Positions 48,243 through 58,659 are shown, numbered from the stretch's first letter. The stretch is 64,000 nt of DNA from Candidatus Hydrogenedens sp. (GCA_049968235.1 JBMFRC010000003.1:64001-128000); one strand, 5' to 3'. Translations and numbers: made by a program. The notes: generated by a model from the letters alone, not told the origin.

Positions 48243-48623
48243 ATGGCATTTGGAGATATTGGTGGGACATATACCGAGTTGATTATTACATGTAGCACAC
48301 CAGAAACGGGACCTGTAAGTATCCGTCGTGGTGATGCACTGAAACTTATCGGAGGGTATGTGGTAACGAATACTTTTACCGGAGAGGATGTCATTTTCGG
48401 GCAGGCAATGAATGATTGTAATGTGAATGATACCGCTATCCCTGTAAAGGTGCGAGGTATATGCATTTTTGAGTATGAGGGAGTTCCGCCCACAGTAAAT
48501 GGAGTGCAAGGGATTGCGGGTTCGACTACTCCGGGTAAAGTGAAAGCACCTGCGTCCGGGAATGGTTCTGGCAGGGTAGTGAAAACAGAATCTTCTATAA
48601 ATCGGGTCCATGTATTGCTTTAA
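48243..48623 (+). CDS. small Gly/Val-rich protein (DUF2190 / head-decoration-like by size and composition)
   Basis: SD AAAGGAGG; 126 aa; GGYVVTNTF..GQA...VKVRGICIFEYEG..NGVQGIAG. Confidence 0.3.
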   Translation: MAFGDIGGTYTELIITCSTPETGPVSIRRGDALKLIGGYVVTNTFTGEDVIFGQAMNDCNVNDTAIPVKVRGICIFEYEGVPPTVNGVQGIAGSTTPGKVKAPASGNGSGRVVKTESSINRVHVLL

Positions 48624-48640
48624 CAGGAAAGGAGGTTATT

Positions 48641-49690
48641 ATGATGTTATCCATGCAGACAAAATTGACAGAACAGATGCAGTTTCTGTCACAGCCCAAA
48701 GAGAAATTATTATCCATACGCGGGAAGGAATTGTATGAGACATTAAATTCTTTAGGTCTAACCCATACTCAATTTTTCCGTGCTATTGGGACAGATATTG
48801 AGGAATATTGTGCTCGTGAGTTTGGTGTTGATTTATACCAGATTACGGTGGAGCGTTTTTTCCAGACAGACCCTAATGCGAAATGGCTTTTTCCGGACCT
48901 GGTTCGAGAGTCGGTTATTTCAGGGATGACGGGGAAGCCTGTATATTCACAATTGATAATTCGGGATGAGCGTATAGAGAGTGCGGTCTATGATGTGCCA
49001 TATGTTAAGGAGTCGGAGGAAGAGGAAGAACTACGGAATGTCGGCGAAGGAGCGGTTATTCCGGAATCGGAAATAAGGTACGGGAATCGAATTATCCAGT
49101 TACAAAAATTGGGGCGTGGCATTTTAGCGTCGTATGAGGTTATCCGCCGTATGTCTGTGGATATGTTGCGGGTTCATCTTCGTCGGATGGGTGAATGTCT
49201 TGGCAGAAATCTGGATAAACGGCTTGCGTATGTGCTGGCTTATGGGGATATGTCTGGGGAAACAAGTCCGGATGTGCTGAATACGGAGACTGCTAATATA
49301 TGGAAATATACAGACCTCGTCCGTGCTTTCTTGCATTTAACTACGAAGAATTTTTTTCATCCGACGCATCTGCTTGCGAACTCCGATACGATGGAAAAGA
49401 TAATGTCGTTGCCGGAGATTACCGATTCTGCATTGTTTGATTTTGCGAAATCGGGCAATTTGCCGACACCTTTGGGAGTAAAATTGGTGCCCATGTCTGA
49501 CCATCCGGAAAATTGTTTTACTTTACTGGATTCTCGCTATGCAGTCCAGAAGTTAACGGAACAAGATGTGCTTGTAGAAAGTGACCGCCTGATACATCAA
49601 CAATGGGACCGTAGTTATCTTACGGTGGTAACAGATTTCGCCATTATTTATCGAAAGGCGCGTGTGGTTATGCGTTGTGACTGGAGTTAA
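48641..49690 (+). CDS. putative major capsid-like protein
   Basis: SD AAGGAGG; 349 aa; follows the decoration-like gene in canonical head-gene order; no confirmable motif. Confidence 0.3.
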   Translation: MMLSMQTKLTEQMQFLSQPKEKLLSIRGKELYETLNSLGLTHTQFFRAIGTDIEEYCAREFGVDLYQITVERFFQTDPNAKWLFPDLVRESVISGMTGKPVYSQLIIRDERIESAVYDVPYVKESEEEEELRNVGEGAVIPESEIRYGNRIIQLQKLGRGILASYEVIRRMSVDMLRVHLRRMGECLGRNLDKRLAYVLAYGDMSGETSPDVLNTETANIWKYTDLVRAFLHLTTKNFFHPTHLLANSDTMEKIMSLPEITDSALFDFAKSGNLPTPLGVKLVPMSDHPENCFTLLDSRYAVQKLTEQDVLVESDRLIHQQWDRSYLTVVTDFAIIYRKARVVMRCDWS

Positions 49691-49766
49691 TCATACATTG
49701 GAAAAATAATCGGGAGAGGCTTGTAAGTTGTTTTTAACTTATAAGCCTCATCAGGAAAGGATAATT

Positions 49767-50237
49767 ATGAGGGATAGAAATAATGTGCATCTTGCTATTG
49801 AATTCGATGGAAGATGGCTAATAACCCACTTTAATTTGAAAGAGTTTGAGAATAAAAAGGGCTGGGTGATGATACACCGTTCGGTGATTATTTCTCTGAC
49901 AAAAATTCGCGAAGAACTGGGTCGATACTTTGGTGAAGAAGTGGAAATTGTAATAACTGATTCAACACGCACACCTGAGCAATTGCAAGTTTTAGGTGAA
50001 AAATTGGGCTGGATTGATGAAGGTGGTGTAGTTGCACGAAATTCAAAGCATCTGGAAGAATTTGGAGGGATTGCGGTGGATTTCTATGTGCGGTTTAAGC
50101 AAAGCAAGAAACGGATAGATTCATCGACTATTGAAACGATATGTAAAAAGTATTTTGATTATGTTAAATCGGATTATGCGGATGGGCATATTCATGCGGA
50201 TAATCGAGAACATATAACCAACACATGCAAGAAATAA
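49767..50237 (+). CDS. peptidase M15A-like (hedgehog/DD-peptidase fold; endolysin-like)
   Basis: SD AGGA then ATG (MRDRNN); motif ITDSTRTPEQLQVLGEKLG...NSKHLEEFGGIAVDF fits SxHxxGxAxD; later GHIHADNREH. Confidence 0.5.
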   Translation: MRDRNNVHLAIEFDGRWLITHFNLKEFENKKGWVMIHRSVIISLTKIREELGRYFGEEVEIVITDSTRTPEQLQVLGEKLGWIDEGGVVARNSKHLEEFGGIAVDFYVRFKQSKKRIDSSTIETICKKYFDYVKSDYADGHIHADNREHITNTCKK

Positions 50238-50252
50238 GGAGGCGGAAATAGG

Positions 50253-50630
50253 ATGATTCTCAGTATACCTATGTTAGACCAATTTCTTTTTTATTTGATA
50301 ACTGGTGTGTTCGGATGCATCTGGGCAGTTATGCGTGTTTATGAGATTTACCAGCAAATTAAAAATTCACGGTATCGCCTGGCACTAACAATAATTGAAA
50401 GTGCGGTGCAGAAGACTTATGATACCTATACACGGGAGATAAAGAAGGCACGCGAAGACGGAAAATTAACACCGGAAGAACGAAAAAAGGCGTTTGAATT
50501 GGCAATGCAAACCGCTTTAGAGATGGCACGAGGGGAAAATATAGAATTGTATAAGATTCTACGGAAGGAACTTCTACCTTACTTTATTCATAATGCATTG
50601 CAGAAATTGAAGTTGCGAAGAGCCAGGTAA
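50253..50630 (+). CDS. small membrane protein, holin-like
   Basis: SD AAGGAGG; single N-terminal TM FLFYLITGVFGCIWAVM then charged cytoplasmic tail; follows the peptidase gene. Confidence 0.35.
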   Translation: MILSIPMLDQFLFYLITGVFGCIWAVMRVYEIYQQIKNSRYRLALTIIESAVQKTYDTYTREIKKAREDGKLTPEERKKAFELAMQTALEMARGENIELYKILRKELLPYFIHNALQKLKLRRAR

Positions 50631-50667
50631 GGGTCAGAGTAATCAGACAGGTTAGATAGGGACACAA

Positions 50668-50699
50668 AGACAGGTTGCATAAGCAACCTGTCTTTTTAT
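50668..50699 (+). terminator. rho-independent terminator closing the phage-like operon
   Basis: AGACAGGTTGC-ATAA-GCAACCTGTCT followed by TTTTT. Confidence 0.75.
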
Positions 50700-50763
50700 G
50701 ATAATATATTTTCGGATTCTTTTATGGAATAAAGTGAACATGAAAAATAAGAAAGGAAAATTT

Positions 50764-52542
50764 ATGAAACTATGCCTTTTCATAATTATCGTAACTGTAT
50801 TGCTTTTCGCTGTATCTATAGAAGCAGAAGAAATACCCCGGCCTGAACACCCCCGACCGGATATGCAGAGGAATACCTGGCTGAACCTGAATGGTTATTG
50901 GGAATTTGTGGAAACGGATGATGATAATGCGACTTTTTTAGATACCGGTGCAAAGTTTCCGGACCGTATTCTGGTTCCGTTCTGTCGGGAAAGTGAATTG
51001 TCGGGACTGAACCGCAAACATTTCGTCCGCAATGTATGGTACCGTCGTTCCTTCTTTGTTCCCGCGGAATGGAAAGAAAACCGCATACTGCTCCATATTG
51101 GTGCTTGCGATTGGAAGACGCAGGTATGGGTAAATGGAAATTTATGTGGTGAACATTTTGGCGGAAGTGCCCCAATTACCTGCGATATAACTACCTCTAT
51201 AAAGGATGGTGAAAATACGATAGTTGTCCATTCGTATGATGATGTTCGCACGGGTATTCAAGCGGGTGGCAAACAGTCAACGAAACCAGAAAGTTATGGC
51301 TGTGTTTATACCCGAACAACAGGCATCTGGCAGACGGTCTGGTTAGAAAGTGTTGGGAAAACATACATTGAGCGATTCCGTTTATATCCGGATGTGGATA
51401 ACCGACAGGTCAAATTACACGCAGTATGTCGTGGCGATTTGCCTGCGGGATTAATGCTACAGGCGGATGCGCTTTTTAATGGTGCCATAGTTGGTTCTGC
51501 GTCTGTAGCCATAAAGGGAGATAGTGCAGACTTAACCATCCCGTTAAGTGTGCTTCAACTCTGGGAACCCGGACAGCCTAACTTATATGACCTTAAATTA
51601 TCGCTAAAGCAGGGAGATGTGGTAGTAGATAGTTTCATGTCGTATTTTGGTATGCGTAAAATAACATTAGAAGGGAGGAAATTCCTCATTAATGATAAAC
51701 CTATTTTCCATCGCGCAGTGTTAGACCAGGGATTTTACCCTACGGGTATCTGGACTGCTCCGAGCGATGATGAGTTGCGTGCAGATATTGAACGTTCTAT
51801 GAAAGCAGGATTTAATGGTGCGAGAATACATCAGAAAGTTTTTGAACCGCGTTTCTTATACTGGGCAGATAAGTTAGGCTATATTGTCTGGGGTGAATTT
51901 CCGGATTGGGGCTTTGACCATAAAAATCCAGCAGGACAGTTATATTATATTAATGAATGGCGGGAAATTGTAGAACGTGATTTCAATCACCCTGCAATTA
52001 TTGGCTGGTGTCCCTTTAATGAGACACCGAAGGAAGCAGTCCCTCTACAACGGGTTGTATTTGAACTAACGCGTGCCATCGACACAACCCGTCCTATTCT
52101 GGAAGCCAGTGGGTGGACACATGGCTATGCTTACCCTATGGTGATAGATGCACATGATTATGAGCAGGACCCAGTCAAGTTTCGGGCAAAATGGGATAAG
52201 GTCGGTGAAAACTCACCGAAGCCGGATGTTCCCTATGCGGATAGTCGTCCCGTTCCATTTTTCATTAGCGAATACGGAGGAATTGGCTGGAATGTGGAAA
52301 GCGGAGGTTGGGGCTATGGCAATAATCCAAAGACACTGGATGAATTTTATGAACGGTTAGAAGGATTAACCAAAGCCATCTTGGATAACCCCTATATTTT
52401 CGGCTTTTGTTATACACAATTGACGAACATCGAACAGGAGCAGAATGGTATTTATACCTATGACCGTAAACCGAAGTTTGACCTTGATCGAATCAAATCT
52501 ATTTTCTCTGCGGAATCTGCATACGAAAAGGCTGGGAAATAA
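50764..52542 (+). CDS. glycoside hydrolase family 2-like protein, secreted
   Basis: Signal peptide MKLCLFIIIVTVLLFAVSIEA; GH2 sugar-binding domain pattern NRKHFVRNVWYRRSFFVPAEWKENRILLHIGACDWKTQVWVNGNLCGEHFGGSAPITCDIT. Confidence 0.7.
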   Translation: MKLCLFIIIVTVLLFAVSIEAEEIPRPEHPRPDMQRNTWLNLNGYWEFVETDDDNATFLDTGAKFPDRILVPFCRESELSGLNRKHFVRNVWYRRSFFVPAEWKENRILLHIGACDWKTQVWVNGNLCGEHFGGSAPITCDITTSIKDGENTIVVHSYDDVRTGIQAGGKQSTKPESYGCVYTRTTGIWQTVWLESVGKTYIERFRLYPDVDNRQVKLHAVCRGDLPAGLMLQADALFNGAIVGSASVAIKGDSADLTIPLSVLQLWEPGQPNLYDLKLSLKQGDVVVDSFMSYFGMRKITLEGRKFLINDKPIFHRAVLDQGFYPTGIWTAPSDDELRADIERSMKAGFNGARIHQKVFEPRFLYWADKLGYIVWGEFPDWGFDHKNPAGQLYYINEWREIVERDFNHPAIIGWCPFNETPKEAVPLQRVVFELTRAIDTTRPILEASGWTHGYAYPMVIDAHDYEQDPVKFRAKWDKVGENSPKPDVPYADSRPVPFFISEYGGIGWNVESGGWGYGNNPKTLDEFYERLEGLTKAILDNPYIFGFCYTQLTNIEQEQNGIYTYDRKPKFDLDRIKSIFSAESAYEKAGK

Positions 52543-52581
52543 AATCCCCTTTTTAAGGTTGAAAACATATAGAGAGGTGAT

Positions 52582-53082
52582 ATGAGCGAAATAGCTATAA
52601 TTAAATATGAATTTGCACCATCGCCTGATGTAGAACAGGGTACAATCCTGCGGATGCCTTCATTCGTTAGTTTGGAATTGGAACAGCAAATCCGCAAGAA
52701 TGCCTTGCATGGGGCTTGTCTTCGTGGTGTAAATTTGACAGGTGTCTGGCTCGAAGGAATTGATTTTTCATCTGCAGACCTTACCGATGCATGTCTTGAA
52801 TTCGCAGTGTTGAGTTCGTGTAATTTTCAAAATTGTAATTTAGAAAAGGCTAATTTAAAGCGGGTAAATTTAATCGGTGCAAATCTAGACGGCGCAAATC
52901 TAAAAAATGCGGACTTGTATTATGCACGGCTTACCTGTGCAAGTTTAAAAAAGGCAGATTTAAGTGGTGCGAACTTAGAACGAACTATCCTCCGTTGTGC
53001 CGATTTGAGTGGTGCAAAATTAACCAATGCACGCGGAAATCCTGTGCTTGACCGAACAAGGATGGAGGGGATTATTTCATGA
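52582..53082 (+). CDS. pentapeptide repeat protein
   Basis: Tandem A(D/N)LxxA(N/D)L pentapeptides (ANLKRVNLIGANLDGANLKNADLYYARL...). Confidence 0.8.
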   Translation: MSEIAIIKYEFAPSPDVEQGTILRMPSFVSLELEQQIRKNALHGACLRGVNLTGVWLEGIDFSSADLTDACLEFAVLSSCNFQNCNLEKANLKRVNLIGANLDGANLKNADLYYARLTCASLKKADLSGANLERTILRCADLSGAKLTNARGNPVLDRTRMEGIIS

Positions 53083-53648
53083 TAATTTATCACTTCTGCA
53101 CACGGGTCAATGAAGCCAATGCATATTTGTTGATAGATACAGACACCAAGGAATGTTTACTCATAGATGTGCCTGCATGGACAGAACGAATGCAGAAAAT
53201 CCTTGATGAACATAAGGCACGACTTATTGGAGTATTCATAACCCATGAACATTATGACCACACTTCCGGTTTGAGTGAGTTATACAAGACATACCCTGAT
53301 ATAAAACGATACCCACAACAAGAGTTTTTTAATGATACTGATAATGAGCATTATAATAAAATTAGTGTAGGAAAATGGGAAGGAAAGATATTATACCTGC
53401 CGGGGCATACCCCGGAAAGTGTCGGGTTATATATAGGTAATGTAGTCTTCACCGGGGATGCTCTTTTTGCAGGTTCTGTCGGAGGCACTGTAAGTTTGCG
53501 GGAAGCAAAACAACAGGTGGAAGCCATAAAAAAGAGAATATTGGCTTTGCGGGAACATACCCTTGTATTGACAGGACATGGACCAGCTTCGTCTGTTGGA
53601 ATAGAAAAGAGGTTCAATCCCTTTCTGCAAGATAACAATTCCGTATAA
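53079..53648 (+). CDS. MBL-fold metallo-hydrolase
   Basis: HxHxDH motif ITHEHYDHTSG; 4-nt overlap with the pentapeptide repeat gene. Confidence 0.75.
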   Translation: MIIYHFCTRVNEANAYLLIDTDTKECLLIDVPAWTERMQKILDEHKARLIGVFITHEHYDHTSGLSELYKTYPDIKRYPQQEFFNDTDNEHYNKISVGKWEGKILYLPGHTPESVGLYIGNVVFTGDALFAGSVGGTVSLREAKQQVEAIKKRILALREHTLVLTGHGPASSVGIEKRFNPFLQDNNSV

Positions 53649-53832
53649 ACTGAAAAAATAGCATAATATTACAGGTACCCCGCATATAGATAAAAGGATA
53701 TTATACGCACATCACAGTAAAATTTTTATTGATGAAAATAGAAAGAAAAAAAACTGAGCACTCGGAACTATTTCTTTACATCCTATCCTTAGTCGTTTTT
53801 TCAAAATAAAATAATTTGTTTTACTGCATGTT

Positions 53833-54795
53833 TTATATTGTGTTTGTAGTCAGTTCGATATCAAATTTTAGTACCTGTGTTCGGAAAAACAATGTGCGAA
53901 TTGTCAGGGTTATTTTTGTAATATTGGGGAGATTTTGTTTAATACATTGAGTATCTATCCCGAACGTTTTTTCTGAACCGGGTGAGATTTCGATGCATGT
54001 TGAGGTTACCGGAGAAACAATTCCATCTTCGGTATAAAGGCAGGTCAGTGGAATTTGTATATTGTTTTTTTGTTTTGATGAGGTTGTTTCTGTGGAACAT
54101 TCAACGAAATAGATATACGGTGCTAATTCCCATTGGTGTTGGTTGTTTAAATAGATTTTTGCATTTAACATTCCTTTATTAAGGATACGTATAATGTGCT
54201 TGTTATCGTTAGGTATGGGGGTATGTTCAAATTGGGGTTGTTGGTTTCGGGTATTCCATGTCCATGTAAGATATACCGCAGTAATAAGGATAATAAAGCA
54301 AATTGTTATTTGTCCGATGTTGCTCAGGAATAGAATGCGTAAAAAGGATAGGAATAGTTCGTAAAAATATCGTTCTATCGGAATAACATTTTGAAAAGGG
54401 ACTTTATCTTCGAGAACTTCTCCAAATATCTTATTTTCGTCATCTGAACTGGAAATGAGATTATCTTCATCTGTTGGGTATTGAAGGAGTTTTCTATAAA
54501 ATTGTATTTGCCTATTTAATTCTTCACTATGTATATGAATTTGTTGATTAATATGGTTCGCTTCTTCGGGTGAGTATTCGCCGTTTTTAACTTTTTGTAT
54601 TAAAACCTCTTGCTGTTGTTGTAAAAGGCTTTTTTGTTTTACGAGGCTTTCAATTCGTTGATAGCATTTTCTCTGGAATTCTTTTTTCTGGTCTTCCCAG
54701 AATTGTAATTTTTTGGGGTCTCCTTCCTGCCATGCTTGTTCTGCGTTTTTACAAATCCATGCAATTGTTTCGTGTGTCGGTTCAATATCGTTCAT
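53833..54795 (-). CDS. hypothetical protein (N-terminal coiled coil, central TM, C-terminal beta-rich domain)
   Basis: 4-nt overlap with pyrG stop; TM ILFLSNIGQITICFIILITAVYLTWTW. Confidence 0.5.
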   Translation of the reverse strand: MNDIEPTHETIAWICKNAEQAWQEGDPKKLQFWEDQKKEFQRKCYQRIESLVKQKSLLQQQQEVLIQKVKNGEYSPEEANHINQQIHIHSEELNRQIQFYRKLLQYPTDEDNLISSSDDENKIFGEVLEDKVPFQNVIPIERYFYELFLSFLRILFLSNIGQITICFIILITAVYLTWTWNTRNQQPQFEHTPIPNDNKHIIRILNKGMLNAKIYLNNQHQWELAPYIYFVECSTETTSSKQKNNIQIPLTCLYTEDGIVSPVTSTCIEISPGSEKTFGIDTQCIKQNLPNITKITLTIRTLFFRTQVLKFDIELTTNTI

Positions 54796-56456
54796 TTTGT
54801 TCTTTTGTATTGCAGGGCGGACTTTATGAAGGCACAGAATAGTGGTTGTGGTTTTAGGGGTGTACTTTTAAATTCGGGATGGAACTGGCAGGCACAAAAC
54901 CACGGATGAATATCCGTTTTAAGTTCTATCATTTCTGTTAATTCTTCTTCCATATCCATAAATTTTCGGCGATGAATACCACTCACAAGCATACCCGCCT
55001 TCTCCTCAAAATCTTTACGATAGGCGTTATTAAACTCATAGCGATGTCGATGTCGTTCATAAATCAAAGTTTGCCCATAGGCTTTATACGCCAATGTATC
55101 CTGTTGCAATTCGCACGGATAAGCCCCTAGACGCATTGTTCCTCCTTTTGAGGACACACCTTTCTGTTCTGTAAGCAGAGAAATTACCGGGTGTGGTGTT
55201 TGAGGATTTACCTCTGTGGTATGGGCATCTTTCAAGCCTAAACAATTTCTGGCTATCTCGATGACGGCTACCTGCATTCCCAGACATATACCGAAATAAG
55301 GGATACGATTCTCGCGTGCAAATCGTGCTACATTAATTTTCCCTTCTATTCCGCGTGTTCCAAACCCGGGACCGATTAAAATTCCATGATACCCATGAAG
55401 GACATCTTCTGGCTTTTCCTTTCCGGGGTCGAATCGTTCTGAGTCAATCCATTCGTATTTTACTTTGCAATTGTTCGCAATACCTGCGTGGACAAAGGCT
55501 TCGTTAATACTCTTATAGGCGTCACCGTGTCCTGTATATTTCCCTACCGCGGCAATACGCACTTCTTCTTTAGCAGAGACAAGACGGTTCACAATGTTTA
55601 TCCATTCGCTTAAATCTCCTTCATGGATATCCAATCCCAACATTTTCAAAACGGTTATGTCTAAATTTTGCTCTTTGAAATTTAGTGGGATAGCGTAAAT
55701 AGGAGAAATATCCTGTGCGTTAATAATAGCATTTTCGGGCACATCGCAAAACAACGCTACTTTCTGTCGCTGTTCTTTTTCGAGTTTACTTATTCCTGTT
55801 CGACAGATAATAATATTTGGTTGGATACCAATATCGCGTAAAGCACGAACGCTATGTTGTGTTGGTTTCGTTTTCAATTCGTTTGCCGCTTCAATATACG
55901 GGACCAATGTAACATGGATAAAGCAACAATTTTCAGGTCCTACTTCCAGACGGAATTGTCGCAGTGCTTCAAGGAATGGCAAACTTTCAATATCGCCGAC
56001 AGTCCCTCCAATTTCTATAATAGCAATATCTACATCATCCTCATCAACTGTCAAAGCCCGAATACGGTTCTTTATCTCATCTGTTATATGGGGTATCACC
56101 TGGACTGTTTTTCCCAGGTAGGCACCATCGCGTTCTTTCTGAATTACCGTATTGTAAATAGCACCTGTAGTCGTATTACTTCTTCGGGATAATTTGGCAT
56201 GAGTAAAACGTTGATAGTGACCCAGGTCAAGGTCCGTTTCCGCACCATCATCCGTTACAAAAACTTCCCCATGCTCGAACGGATTCATTGTTCCCGGGTC
56301 AACATTAATGTAAGGGTCTATCTTCATAATTGCTATTTTATAACCGCGAGATTCTAAAAGTAACCCAAGACTTGCACAGGCAATCCCTTTACCTATTGAG
56401 GAAACTACTCCTCCTGTGGTAAAGACATATTTTAACGGTGGCTTTTTATCTGACAT
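54792..56456 (-). CDS. pyrG: CTP synthase
   Basis: N-terminus KYVFTTGGVVSSIGKGIACASLG; glutamine amidotransferase domain GICLGMQ. Confidence 0.95.
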   Translation of the reverse strand: MSDKKPPLKYVFTTGGVVSSIGKGIACASLGLLLESRGYKIAIMKIDPYINVDPGTMNPFEHGEVFVTDDGAETDLDLGHYQRFTHAKLSRRSNTTTGAIYNTVIQKERDGAYLGKTVQVIPHITDEIKNRIRALTVDEDDVDIAIIEIGGTVGDIESLPFLEALRQFRLEVGPENCCFIHVTLVPYIEAANELKTKPTQHSVRALRDIGIQPNIIICRTGISKLEKEQRQKVALFCDVPENAIINAQDISPIYAIPLNFKEQNLDITVLKMLGLDIHEGDLSEWINIVNRLVSAKEEVRIAAVGKYTGHGDAYKSINEAFVHAGIANNCKVKYEWIDSERFDPGKEKPEDVLHGYHGILIGPGFGTRGIEGKINVARFARENRIPYFGICLGMQVAVIEIARNCLGLKDAHTTEVNPQTPHPVISLLTEQKGVSSKGGTMRLGAYPCELQQDTLAYKAYGQTLIYERHRHRYEFNNAYRKDFEEKAGMLVSGIHRRKFMDMEEELTEMIELKTDIHPWFCACQFHPEFKSTPLKPQPLFCAFIKSALQYKRTK

Positions 56457-57245
56457 TTATACTTCCTTTTCTCTTGCTTTGAGAATTTTTTCTACATGTT
56501 CCAAATCTTCTGGTGTATCCACTCCCAATGCTTCATAATTCGTCGGAACAACCGCAATATCATAGCCGTTTTCAAGCACCCGTAATTGTTCCAACTTTTC
56601 TAACTTTTCCAGAGGTGTCTGAGGTAGTTTTGATATATGAAGCAAGAACTCCCGACGATAAACATACAAACCGATATGTTGCCAATATACGCCGACACTA
56701 TTTTTTCGTTGCTCTTCATCACGAATATAGGGAATCGGAGAACGGGAAAAATAGATAGCATGTCCTTTTATGTTTGTAATCACTTTCACTACATTCGGAT
56801 TTTGAATCCATGATGGGTCGGTAATATTCCGACATGCCGTTGACATTTGTAATTGAGCATCTTTCAACAATGGCTCTATTGTTACATCAATACATTCGGG
56901 TGGAAGTAAGGGTTCATCTCCCTGAACATTAACAATAATCTCTTCCGTTCTCTTTTCGGCTACTTCTGCGATACGGTCTGTTCCGCTGGCATGGTCTGCT
57001 CGTGTCATTACAACAGGGACACCCATTGGCTCCAATGCGGATTGGATGCGTTCATCATCCGTTGCTACCAGTACATCCCCTACATATTTCGCTTTTTTTG
57101 CCTGACGATACACATGATACACCAATGGGTAGCCACATAGATTTACAAGCATCTTTCCCGGGAAGCGAGTAGAAGCATAACGGGCAGGAATTACAACCAG
57201 AACGGATTTCTTTATTGCTTCTGAAATATTACCTCCTTGTATCAT
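56457..57245 (-). CDS. kdsB: 3-deoxy-manno-octulosonate cytidylyltransferase
   Basis: VVIPARYASTRFPGKML; QGDEPL motif. Confidence 0.9.
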   Translation of the reverse strand: MIQGGNISEAIKKSVLVVIPARYASTRFPGKMLVNLCGYPLVYHVYRQAKKAKYVGDVLVATDDERIQSALEPMGVPVVMTRADHASGTDRIAEVAEKRTEEIIVNVQGDEPLLPPECIDVTIEPLLKDAQLQMSTACRNITDPSWIQNPNVVKVITNIKGHAIYFSRSPIPYIRDEEQRKNSVGVYWQHIGLYVYRREFLLHISKLPQTPLEKLEKLEQLRVLENGYDIAVVPTNYEALGVDTPEDLEHVEKILKAREKEV

Positions 57246-57523
57246 CGTTTAGCCCTGAATATCGTTGGTTAGATTAAAAAAGTATCCCATACTTCCAAAC
57301 TCTATTCTGAGAAAATATTAGTTGCTATATAAAATTTTCCTTTGTTTAACTTATCATACTTTACCATATATGTTCAATACTGTACTCAATAACTTTCCGG
57401 ATAAACTTGTTGAAATGAAAAATTTTAAATATAGCAACAATAAATATAGCGGAATAAGAAACACCGCTCCTTTCCGAACACTATTTTTTGTTGGAAACAG
57501 AACTGTTTTATTCTTGGGACGAA

Positions 57524-57997
57524 TTATTGTTGTTCAGGATTGGGCTTAAATCCTGCTTGTCGTAACTGAGCCTCGTGATATTGCTGATTACGCACGAGAT
57601 AGATTTCTTGCAACTGGGCAATTGAATTATTAAGAATCCCTTCTTCCTGTGGAGAAAGATTTCCCTTGGTCTTTTCACGTAAAACCATCAGCAAATCAAT
57701 AAAGAACTGTGCCTGTTCTAAATCTATCGTAACCTGCTGAGTTCCTTGAGGGGCAATAACCCCCAATGCCACCATGGCATCGGTTGTCAGAATGCCTACA
57801 ATGGTTTCAAAAGAGGGAGTGATTGCTTCTTCCGGGGAGACTTCGCCTTCTTCAGGTTTTTTGGATTTTTCCTCTTCTAACTTTTTTTGAAGTTCCTCTT
57901 TCTCTTTCTGAACTTTCGATTTCCAATCTTCGTCAATGATGATTTTCTTTTCTTCGTCGCTCACATCCATTCTCCCTTGTAAATGTTTAATAACCAT
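57524..57997 (-). CDS. DUF1844-like acidic protein
   Basis: Glu/Lys-rich N-terminus then ILTTDAMVALGVIAPQ...QVTIDLEQAQFFIDLLMVLREKTKGNLSPQEE resembling DUF1844. Confidence 0.45.
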   Translation of the reverse strand: MVIKHLQGRMDVSDEEKKIIIDEDWKSKVQKEKEELQKKLEEEKSKKPEEGEVSPEEAITPSFETIVGILTTDAMVALGVIAPQGTQQVTIDLEQAQFFIDLLMVLREKTKGNLSPQEEGILNNSIAQLQEIYLVRNQQYHEAQLRQAGFKPNPEQQ

Positions 57998-58057
57998 TAA
58001 AACTACTACACCGGGAAAGGAATTATCCTTTCCCGGAGAGCGTTCTGGTTATTCAAA

Positions 58058-58150
58058 TTACTTCTTGTTCTTATGACGATTCAAGCGTCTTTTCTTCTTA
58101 CGCTTGTGCTTATTAATCTTGCGTTTACGAACTTTTCTTCCACCTGCCAC
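58058..58150 (-). CDS. 30-aa highly basic peptide, bS22-like small ribosomal protein candidate (GTG start)
   Basis: Not in track; SD AAGGAG 8 nt before GTG; translation MAGGRKVRKRKINKHKRKKKRRLNRHKNKK. Confidence 0.35.
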   Translation of the reverse strand: MAGGRKVRKRKINKHKRKKKRRLNRHKNKK

Positions 58151-58200
58151 GAATAATACTCCTTTTGTTAGATTTTGGATTTATTAAAAGTTACATCCCT

Positions 58201-58659
58201 TTACTTATTTGTTAGCCATTTTTCGTCTTCCGCCTTATATTCTAATATATCCTGAGGCGTAAAATAAAGTGATATTTCTCGCTCCGCAGATTCCGGACTA
58301 TCCGAAGCGTGGATAATGTTCATCTGCGTTATTAAGGCAAAATCTCCACGAATCGTTCCTGGTGCCGATTTCAGCGGGTTGGTATTTCCTACCATATTAC
58401 GAACCTGATTAATTGTATCTTCGCCTTCCCACACCATTTGAACTGTAGGACCGGAACAAATAAAACCTACAAGACTTTCAAAAAAGTCTTTTCCCTTATG
58501 TTCCTGATAATGTTCCTCCGCTTTTTCACGGGTCAATATCTGCATCTTTATGGCTATCAATTTCAGACCACGCTTTTCAAAACGGCTGATACATTCGCCT
58601 ATAAGACGGCGTGCAACACCATCCGGTTTAATCATAACGAAAGTACGCTCTATTGGCAT
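58201..58659 (-). CDS. ndk: nucleoside diphosphate kinase
   Basis: [12 protein letters not shown]; NIIHASD active-site His region. Confidence 0.95.
   Translation of the reverse strand: MPIERTFVMIKPDGVARRLIGECISRFEKRGLKLIAIKMQILTREKAEEHYQEHKGKDFFESLVGFICSGPTVQMVWEGEDTINQVRNMVGNTNPLKSAPGTIRGDFALITQMNIIHASDSPESAEREISLYFTPQDILEYKAEDEKWLTNK

Noticed and set aside
57322-57549. 75-aa ORF in AT-rich intergenic region upstream of kdsB
   Set aside because: No SD, low-complexity composition; the region is more plausibly the kdsB-pyrG promoter.
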